DNA of 64,000 nucleotides, from NCBI GenBank assembly GCA_965213685.1, contig CBDBZY010000018.1:64001-128000 (forward strand), in the 5' to 3' direction. Positions within the stretch are counted from its first letter, which is position 1, and each line of letters begins with the position of its first letter. Shown here in pieces: positions 53,245-64,000 of the stretch. Below the pieces are notes generated by a model. The model was not told the DNA's origin and did no database searches. It saw nothing but the letters and a program-made list of their open reading frames with translations. This stretch comes from a bacterium (lineage in GTDB: Bacteria > UBA8248). Position numbers and translations under genes: made by a program.

Positions 53245-54970
53245 CGCCTTCCGTGGCTCCGCGAGTCTGCGAAGCAGAGGGTCACGCTGCGACTTATAAT
53301 TAATATCAGACTCAAAGTCATTGAAGGACTAGTATTGGAGGGCCTAACATAGTTCTTGGGATGGGATGACACAGCCCACACTTAGCCATCATTAAGAAAA
53401 TGTAATAGTCCTTGGATACTAAGGCTTATATATGCATATACGTACATGAAACTTATGGGTCTGATATGTTTTAGTTCGCCGGGTAGTTTTGTTGTTTCCT
53501 AATGTATTACGTTCTTGACTTTTTGTTTTGTAATAATGTACGTCTTTATGTTTTGTACTGTATATTTCATCTTTATGGTCTAGTGAAGTATGAGTGTAAG
53601 TGAGAAAAGTGTATGTCCTGTGGAGGGTGGCATGCGTTTTGCAGGGGCTGGGAGTATGTGTTCTATCTGTGAGAGTGGGTATTTACTGGAGAATCATGGG
53701 ATGTGCTTGTATATAAAGCAGAGTATAATTTACTACACAGGTGTTCTTAGAGGAGTGTGTGTGTGTGTGTGTGTGGGAAGGGGGGGGGGGGAGTAAAACA
53801 CACACAATAATTGTTATGTATGTACCTATTGATTAAGAGTTTATGTACCATACTGAAATGTATTCCATATCAGCAGTAGAAAATCCATAAAATCATTGAC
53901 AACCACCACAATAACCTATAAGCATGCATTTGACATGTCACTTGCCTTTTCAACACTGTTTTTTGTATTTTGCACATACATTAATTTTATGCATACGATT
54001 ACAGGTATGTATTTTCATTATATTATTATTTTGGGCTAGAACTGGGCTGGAGAATGTTAGCTAGGGAAGGGAGAGAGGGTGATAACAGTCCCCTTCCCCT
54101 TTTCCCCATCTGTACTTGAAGCCCTGGTTGAGGTCATGTGCAGTGGGCAATCAGAATAGCTACAACCAGTTACGTGATTGCCAACTGCAGGTTGTCTGCA
54201 TGAGCATGAGGTGCAGGAAGCTGTGGCAGTGCATTCCTTTTTTCACCTCTTACTGGTGTACAGCAAAGATACACAGTACACATACTTCATCTCACAGAAT
54301 ATTCTGTGGGGGATTGAGTACAAACTTCCCCTCTCACAGGACCCCCCCCCCCCCCCCCCATTTCTCAAAGACTGGGTCCTGAAACCAAGTGCACTATTAC
54401 AAAACACCCATCATCCCCCAAACTGTAATTATATTGACAGGATTATGTTGGTTTGTACAGGCAGATTTTAAGAATAATATATTATTTTTAAATGCTCACG
54501 AAACTCCCACCCGGAAGCATAGCATAGTACATAGCGTGAAGACACGGCGCGCCGCCCTGGCTGACCCTGGCCCCGCTTCGGTATCTATAAGCCATGTAGA
54601 TCTACATGTATGTACATGTACGTGTAGATGCTGGCTCGTGATCGTCTAGGGACACGGTTGGTCGAAGATCGGAGTGGCCGTGAAGGATCCTATACACAGT
54701 TGGCCTAAGAGTGAGGATCTCAGCTGAACGGATAAAGGCTACAAGACTGTCGACAGACTGAGTGAGTTTTTCCGTGTTTAAGGGCTACTTTTTGCCAGTT
54801 ACTACGTGAAACTGGGCCTACTCCCGTGGGACGCGGCGCAGCCTGTTGATATTTAGTCAGGTGTCCGCCAACACGAGCACTAGAAAGGGGCAGGCCTGCT
54901 GAGCTGTGATTGTGTGAGGTGTATGTACTTAGGTGCGTCGTGTTGTTCCGAGCGTCCATTGACCCTCACA
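53245..54970. repeat. Segmental duplicate of about 20565-23380
   Basis: Shared collinear blocks AGACTCAAAGTCATTGAAGG, ACGTTCTTGACTTTTT, CCATACTGAAATGTATTC and GAAACTGGGCCTACTCCCGTGGGA. Confidence 0.8.
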
Positions 54971-56568
54971 TTTGACACTACTGAATAGTTCATGTGAGGT
55001 GAATAGTTCATGTGCAGTGTATGTGCACTGTTCATGTGCAGCACAGTGCTCTGGTACTGCATCTTAGCCACTGTACAGCTGCACATCATTTCTTGAATTG
55101 TCTTTTTCTAGAAGGTGAGCTGTTGCATGTGCCTAGCTTTTGTGTTTGTGTTTGTGTGTCTTGTGTATCACACCTACTTAATCATGATATTGCATATGTA
55201 GGTACATGGCATTGATGGCTAGTGCATAGGCATAGAATAGGCATAGGCATAGAATAGACATAGGCATAGAATTTTTCCGTTAACCCCTTTACTTCTTGTC
55301 ACACCTACAGTAGTAGGTGTATATAGGGATTGGCCAGGGTCCTCACCATTAAACCTGTACATTTGAAATTTGCTATTTTTACTTTCACTATGGAAGCAAT
55401 TTAGTGGTATGCAACTTAAGAGCATGTCAAATGTTAAGTGTACTTCAAAAATTGTGATATGAGGCGTGTTATATATGCAAAAATGCATTTCACAAATTGT
55501 CCATGTTCTTCTTCTTCTCCTTCCGGTTGAAGAAACGAAACTCAAAAACCGTAGTACCATTAATCATGATATTGCACATGTAGGTACATGGCATTGATGG
55601 CTAGTGCATAGGCATAGAATTTTTTCATTAACCCCTTTACTTCTTGTGATACTGATGATTATCTCTCTCCTCCTGTGCATTATAATGCTAGAATAAAAGG
55701 TATTGTAACTTAAAAAGTATGAATCCATTAACAATGAACTTGTGACATTAGAAAGAAATCATAGCAGTACACATTAGGGACATGCATTTTCTTCGTTAAC
55801 CCTTTCACTTCTTGTGATACTAACAAATATCTGTTTTTTCCAGTGTTTCTGTACATTATGATGCTGAAATTGAATGCCCTGTAATTGACATGATGCAGCT
55901 AAAGAATCTACATGAAAATGTTACTATTGAAAGAGTTTATGATTATGCCTGGAATGAGGCTCTAATGAGTTTGTTAATCCTTTCACTGCTTGAATTGTAA
56001 CAATTATCGTTTGTTAATTCATTATAATTGGGAATAGTTACGCGCGCTTTGATTAAATGAGCGCGTAATTGACTTATCGTGGGCTTATGTCCTTGGATAC
56101 GGTTTTGAAATGTAGTGTTGCCGTCATATGGGTATGTCGCGTAGTCACAGCCAAGGTAACGTTCGTGCGCGCGCCGCAAAGTCACGTGATTAGGCGCTGC
56201 GCCGTCCACAACCTTCGGCCGGCTAGCTACAGTAGCTCATACGTGTGGCTGCCCTGTTCTAGTTCTAAGCAGGGTTATCACGGGCGCAGCGAGTGTAGCA
56301 ACGTTCCCTAGGCATCTAATGGTGGGGTATGGCCTACCGGCCGGCGAGGCGTCCACCGTTGTAGCGCGTTCCCAAGCTGTTAGGGGGTGGGGCACGGCCG
56401 GTGACCATATGTCACATATCGGCGTGTACTCAAGTCGGGCGCCTGGCTCACTGGCTCTAGAGACTAGCTAGCTTCGCTGGTTCCACGGACACTTGCCCTT
56501 GAAGCGCGAGTGTACGTGATTTGGGGCGTGTTTTGGCTAGACGAATGTGGTAGGAAATGCCGCGGGCC

Positions 56569-56930
56569 TACGGCACGCGGTTTGTAACAAAAACTCTACG
56601 CTTACAAGACACTCTGTAAGCTTACAAGACGTCTTGTAAAATTACAAGCTGTCATGTAAGAATTACAAGACGTCCTCTAAAATTAAAAGACAATATTTAC
56701 AAGACGCTATGTAAGCTTACGGGGCGTCTTGTAACAGTACTTACAAGACGTCTTGTAATTTTACAGGACATCTTGTAAGCTTACATAGCGTCTTGTAAAT
56801 ATTGTTACAAGACGTCTTGTAGTTTTAGAGGACGTCTTGTAATTCTTACACTTGTAATTTTACAAGACGTCTTGTAAGCTTTTAGAGCGTCTTGTAAGCG
56901 TAGGGTTTTTGTTACAAACGGCGTGCCATA
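56569..56930. mobile_element. IS3EU-type MITE, 6-bp TSD CGGGCC
   Basis: TACGGCACGC...GCGTGCCATA termini; body made of TTACAAGACGTCTTGTAA palindromes; empty site near 31740. Confidence 0.88.
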
Positions 56931-57339
56931 CGGGCCGACTGATAGGCTGACCTTTTATCCCGTCCTGGGCATAGCCTCGCTTACAAACACTAATAGACAG
57001 AGACGGCAATAGTCGCGGTTGATTCGATTTTTAAACGTCGGGTACACCATAGATACTATACTATAGTATCTATGGGTAGACATAGAGGTCAGTAGACTAT
57101 GCCACACTGAACTAGCCATAAACTGAGAATCAACTCAGTTTCATTTTGTCACAGTCAGGATATATACACATGCATGTATATACATGGAGAATAGGAATTG
57201 GGAAGTAGTGGTGAACTGTAAACATGTTTAATTCTTCCGAGTAGACCATCATTGTTCCTTATTTCTCACCAAAATGGTGTAATTTGTGTATAAACCTCTG
57301 CTGAAAGCAGACAAAAAAAGGACAGGAGACAAGTACATT

Positions 57340-58075
57340 AAAAAATTGTAAATTGTGGAGGAGCATATAGGGATTGCATAAAAAGGCATGGAGACAAGAC
57401 CTGAATGTAGAGTGAATACTAAAATGTGCTGAGTTTCATGGGGACAACAATGACATGACAAGTATGACATGACAAGTATGCCATGTCTGATTATGCAATA
57501 AAAGCCCTATATTGTTGAGCAGAGCTGTATGGGGGCATCACATACAGATAGTCTGTATGTGTAAAGCAACAGCAGAGACACATGACCAGCCAGAGTTTCA
57601 TCTACTGGGGGGGAAGTTTCCCCCCTAACTCTCCAATTTCCCCCCCAAATTCTTCAAACACCCCCTCATAATATCCTAATTTAGAATAGAAACCACACCT
57701 ACTTTTTGTTTGGTCATTATGACTGAACTTCCCCCCTGATAAAGTTTTCTGGATGAAACCCTAACTATAGCACTCACACCCTGAAAGAACCCATTAAACT
57801 TTATGACAAACAAGTCAATGCATGTATTAATAGAGTGCTAGTAGATGCAATACCTACATAATATTATTCTTTCTGTATTAATAGCTTAAATTCCCTTGTA
57901 GGTGGCAGCTCAACAATATAGGGCTTTTATTGCATGATCAGACATGGCGTACTTGTCATTTCATTGTTGTCCTCATGAAACTCAGCACATTCTAGTATTC
58001 ACTCTACATTCAGGTCTTGTCTCCATGCCTTTTTATGCAATCCCTATATGCTCCTCCACAATTTACATTTTTTTA
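57340..58075. repeat. Local inverted duplication (57340-57520 vs 57908-58075)
   Basis: Reverse-complement match over about 170 bp. Confidence 0.88.
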
Positions 58076-58490
58076 AATTTACTTGTGGATGATATAGATG
58101 GTCCACATGAGTGGTGAGAGTTGGTGCACCATCAAAGATCTTTAAGCCCCATTCCCAACTCTCAAGGTTGGGCATGTGGACCATCTGCCTTCTATTCTGA
58201 GTTCTGTTCTTATATATGTATTTATACCCCGTTGCCATGTTGTTCCTAAGTGCAATAAATGTGATATTGCACCCTTTACTTATATTTTTCCTCCCCTGGG
58301 CATGCATCTTGTAGGTTTTATGTTATATTGTATTTTCAATGTAAGTGATTACAACACTATGTAATGTAGTACATGCATGCATGTCATTTATGTACAGGAC
58401 TACAGACATTCGTTGAGAGGTAATCGTCGGTTGTTAAGCAATAGCGCCAGATATGTCACGTTACTATCGAGTTAATTAACGGGATATAAA

Positions 58491-58810
58491 ATAGTTATAT
58501 CACGTGCCCTCGTTTTGTAGCCGATTTATTGCACGTAAAAGCCCTTGGGCTATCGCCCTCGCGCTTTTCCGGTGCAATAAATCAGCTACAAAACCCGGAC
58601 CCGTGATATAACTATTACATATATGTAATATATAAATCACGGTCACGCGGTGTATAACGCATATATACGACCCGACACCGAGGTCAGAGGAAGTTTGCGG
58701 TTAATATAGGCCCGAGCCGGAGGCGAGGGCCTATATTAACCGCAAACTTCCGATGACCGAGGTGGAGGGCCGTATATTTGCGTTATACGGCGCGTGAACG
58801 TGGTTCATAT
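58491..58810. repeat. Two adjacent long hairpins (58491-58615, 58630-58810), Crypton-associated palindromes
   Basis: Arms pair by inspection; they lie directly upstream of the Crypton-like ORF. Confidence 0.88.
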
Positions 58811-58914
58811 AATATAAACAATGATGCGTGAGGCGAAAAAGGGCGCCAAAGGAAGTTTAGCCAGTTTGTAGCTACCTCTGTTTCTGACTGGGACCGTTGT
58901 TGGTGACATCGTTG

Positions 58915-59376
58915 ATGGCTACTCCTACTCCTGCTTCAGACCAGGAAAACATTGAGCCGGCTCCTAACTCTAAACGTCGTCGCCTCTCCCTTAAGTTGAA
59001 AAAGAAAGCGGAGCCCAGTGAGCGGTTCCCGCTGGTTTCTAAAGACCAGGTGGAGAGCATCAAGAGGCCCACTGTACCGAAGAACACTAGCAAGAGTACC
59101 CAGTGGGCCGTGCGATGTTTCGAGACATGGAGGAGGCAGAGGAACGAGCGCACTGAAGAGAAGTGCCCGGAAGACGTTCTACTCGGCGAAAACCACGAGC
59201 AGTTATGCCACTGGCTGTGCGTTTGCGTGAATGAATTGCGGAAAGAAAACGGAGAACCGTACACTCCTCGGAGCCTTGCCATGTTTATAGCTGGCCTGCA
59301 GCGTTATGTCAGCGAGCAGAAAGATGTTGCCATACGGTTGTGCAATCCAGACAACCCCGTATTCAGTTTTGTCTAG
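58915..59376 (+). mobile_element. Truncated Crypton (ZMYM2/QRICH1/KCTD1-related) tyrosine-recombinase transposon ORF, N-terminal domain only
   Basis: VPKNTSKSTQWAVRCFETWR...LCHWL...ELRKENGEPYTPRSL...GLQRY is the region that precedes DUF3504. An NLS-like KRRRL is present; the catalytic domain is missing. Confidence 0.82.
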
Positions 59377-59552
59377 TAGTGCATTGTGACCTTGCACTGC
59401 ACCCGTTCTAGCATTCATTTGGATTGTCTGACAAATTTGTAGTTGTGTAAACTGTCAACCACAAGCGGTCCGTGTATATATATACCTACCTCCTGGCAGG
59501 TGTATATGCGATATATACTACCTGCGGCTCCTTTGATCCGCCCACGCATCAT

Positions 59553-59609
<57 letters not shown>

Positions 59610-62600
59610 GTGTAGGCTTGTTGCTTTCTTCTAAAATATCCTTTTCTAAGCCGTTGAGGTTGTTAGAGATAAATATCTTTCTAAGCCAATGAAGCTGCTG
59701 TACATATCTATTTCTCTAAACCATTGAGGTTGTTCTAAGCCGTTGAGGTTGCTAATATTTCTAAGCCATTGAGACTGCTTTCCAGTTATTAAACTATATA
59801 TTTCTAAGCCGCTGAGGTTGTTGTGGATTTTAGTTTGTTGTATAGCGTGTGGTTCTTTCTTTCTTCTCTGTTCTCTTTCTCTTTCTGCTTATTGTGGTGC
59901 GCTATGCACGTGATTGTTCATGTAGAGTGTGGCAGTGTGCGAGAGTGGCTGAAGTGTACTGGGCTGAGTATATGTGTCACAAGACCTGTAAACTTAGACC
60001 TCCTTTAGACAAGCCAGCCTTCATGGCCGCCTGTGTATTCGATGGCTGTGTGCCGTGTACATTTAGATCTGCATGTAGGTACTGATACACACCATTTTTG
60101 TTCCATTAGCCTCGCAATGGCAGGTTTTGATGTGGTGTAATAGTTGCCAGAGCTCTAGACATTGGGAACATGTGTAGTGGGACGCAGGTTGAGGAATAGA
60201 CCCATTGAAAATGAATACGCAGCTGCCATGTATAAACACCACATCACTGCCAAACACGGCATTGTTAGCTTTACGCATGTTAAAGAGGATGGGGAGGAAG
60301 AGTGAGCAACAGTCTTTTTGAAGACACTACACTGGCTGGCAGAGGATTTGATATTAAAGAAAGTGTATAGGATTGGACTGTGCTACTGCAAAATGTTTCC
60401 CAAAGCTGAAAAGCTTTCGCAATTCAGCATGTGATCTTTAGTGTATGGACTGGGGTTAAGGATCAGATGCATGCAGACATGTACATAGGTTATTGCTGGC
60501 CAGAGGTCTACATTATCCTTCCACTCTCTCCCTGTGCTACTGTAAAAGATTTCCCAAAGCTGAAAAGTAGCTTCATGTACATGTCCACATGCAGTTTATC
60601 TTATTCATGTACATGTACATGCACTCGTACTACTGCACTGCCTTAAAGTAGCTTCATGAGGTACATGTGCCCGTCACAGGCAACATAACCATGTACATGT
60701 ACATGTGTGTACATGTACCTGTACTAATATACTGTCTTTTGAGACGTCCTCTTCTCCCTCCCTCCCTTCACTATTGTCTCAGCTCAGGTGGCATCGCAGT
60801 CAGGGCTCACATGTGCCTGTGCATGTACATGTAGTCGCAATGCTTTGTGTGAAACAGCTGTAGAACGTTTTGAGTGTCTGTGGTCGTTGTGTTATCCCAT
60901 CTCATCCCTGCACTGCTTGCTTTGTGGGGGGGTCCCTACGATGTACATGAAGTTTTGTAATGGATGATTTTCTGACTGACTTATGTTTGTATGTTCATCA
61001 CATTTGTTACACCACAGGACATTACAAGACTACCCACCTATATCTGTAGTGGAATATTTTGTCCAAAGACATTTGGTCTCTCTCTCCTCTACCATTCTAA
61101 CTGACTTAACAGTATTATCTCTTGGTACGCAAAATCACAGTCTGGTTGACTGACAGGGCATCCGGTTGTTCAACCGGATGCCCTGTTGTTCAACAGAACA
61201 GGGGCTGCGCATCCGGGTGGAACATGTACACATACACTGTACCTATATACCTCCCATGGCAGGCTTGTACATGTACACATACATTGTACCTACCTCCCAT
61301 GATCATGCACATGTACATGTACAATGTACGTATACATGTGTATGTAAGCTCACAATCCCCTCTCCCCTCCCAAAACTCACACCCTCACACATTATGCAAG
61401 CACACATGTACATACCCATCCTTCCCTTTCTCCCTGCCTTCCCCTCCTCCTCCCTTCATCCCTACTTGTCTCTGTTCAGTCAGCATCATGGTCAGTGCTG
61501 ACATGTGCATGTACATGTAATTACAATGCTTTGTGTGAAATGGAATGTAGCTGTAGAGGTTTTGAGTGTTTGAGGTGGTTAATTGTATCACTCCATCTCA
61601 TCCCTGCACTGCTGGCTCTATGTTTTTAGGTGCAGAATTTCCCTAGGGTGTAGTTTAACAGTGACGTAGGAAGATGATTTTGTAAGGGGGTGCACCAGAT
61701 TTTTGGATATGTGCGTGAAGTGCCCGCCCCTGGAAGGGCCCATGCCATGTGTACTGGGTCGTAGCAGAGGAGGTTGGACATGACATAATTTGACATGACT
61801 ATCACATGACCACACACACATACTGCGTCGTAATAATTGTCTGCTTTCGTTTTCAAAGTACACCTTTTACATTCTTATGTACATAGCCCGCACCTGGATT
61901 GCTACAGGGTAGGAGCAGCCGATATCTCAATCAAGGATTATGCTGTAGGCTCGACCGTTCTCATCCTAACTGTACTGTTCCCATATCTGGACGGGAACAG
62001 AGAGATATGGCTGTCTAAATTTCAAACGGCTGTATCTCTTCAGTGACCTAGGGGTTCAACGGGGTTCACGCAGTATTTGTGTTCAGCTCAATCAGAGCTA
62101 TTGAATATCTTGCTCTGTTCTCGCTACGACAACGGAGAGCTGACCTGAAAGCTTTCCCGTACATTTTCCCATAGCAGGTAGGCATTTATCTTTCTAAGAG
62201 CGTACATCACGTGCCTGTGTCCACCCTCCTCTGGGGTTGTAGGTCGCATGGAGTCAGACCACGTGACCTACATGTAGATATGACCTCTGACCTAATTATT
62301 TTGAAAAATTTCACGGGTGCTCCAGCACCCAGTGCACCCGTGCTTCCTACACCACTGAGTTATGTAATGGATGAGTTTCCTGAAACTACAATCTGCACCA
62401 CAGCAGCTATGCAACCACAGCGCTGAGAGGCTCATGAGAGCCATCCAGTTCGAAGCAGCTGTCTGCTGTTTCATTTGCTGTCTGCATAACCTTCTCCGGC
62501 TCGCCTGATTCCATCCTATCCAGTGGCCTACCACACATAATGTACACATACAGATTGTCCCTGTATGCAGCTATTCACATGTACATGTACACTGCACATG

Positions 62601-63019
62601 TACTTCTTGTGATTTAGAGAGTACGCAAGTATACATGTACATTGTACCTCCCTCTCATGTGCACACACATGTACATGTACACAAACATGCAGGACTGTCA
62701 GTGAAGCCATGTGGCATGCAGGACTCAAGATGAAGTTCGTTACTATCCCACAAGACTTCCTTGGCAACCCAAAATGATGCTTTTCCTCATTCACCAAGTG
62801 AAGTGATTTCAACTGGTCAGTGGCAGTACGTGCCAACCCTTCCCTCACTTCTTCCCTCCTCATCCACCCACCCACCCACCCACTCACTCACCCACCCACC
62901 CACTCACCCACTAACCCACTCCCTCCCCCTCTATCTCCCCCCTCCCTCCCTTACTCATCCACTCGCAGTCACCCACTCATCCACTCACACACTCCTCTCA
63001 CTTACCCACTGACACACTG

Positions 63020-63885
<866 letters not shown>

Positions 63886-64000
63886 AAGTCAGTAAAGAGT
63901 AAACAAGCACAGAATATCATACCTTCCCCTCCTTTTCCCCCTCCTCTCTCCCCTTCCTTCCTGTTATCACCCCCACCTCCTCTGTTTCTTCCCACAGGAT

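Noticed and set aside
56590-56910. CRISPR-like array of palindromic TTACAAGACGTCTTGTAA repeats
   Set aside because: No unique regular spacers and no cas genes; it lies inside TIRs with a TSD.

Overview
Intron-rich, repeat-rich animal genomic DNA with no bacterial operon or CRISPR array. It looks most like a demosponge; this is an inference from gene content, (CA)n-containing splice acceptors and the MITE types. From left to right: 3' exons of an M16A (insulin-degrading enzyme/nardilysin-like) peptidase; a convergent holocarboxylase synthetase gene with an in-frame stop and a frameshift; two tandem minus-strand paralogues with the architecture Roc-like GTPase-COR-ZU5-UPA-like-Death domain; a multi-exon kelch-repeat gene upstream on the same strand; and a truncated Crypton-type ORF beside long palindromes. 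In the two paralogues the Roc-COR and Death exons are clearly homologous, but the central ZU5-UPA modules differ strongly in sequence and intron layout. Both keep a PIDD-type autoproteolysis motif (HFC, HFS), which suggests a modular, self-cleaving innate-immune or cell-death receptor family. The Crypton-associated palindrome has four tandem GA mismatches and a GNA loop, as expected of a folded single-stranded DNA substrate. The rest is segmental duplications, tRNA-like repeats, non-autonomous DNA transposons (many with readable TSDs) and microsatellites. All exon boundaries were read by eye from GT/AG sites and reading phase, with no transcript evidence.
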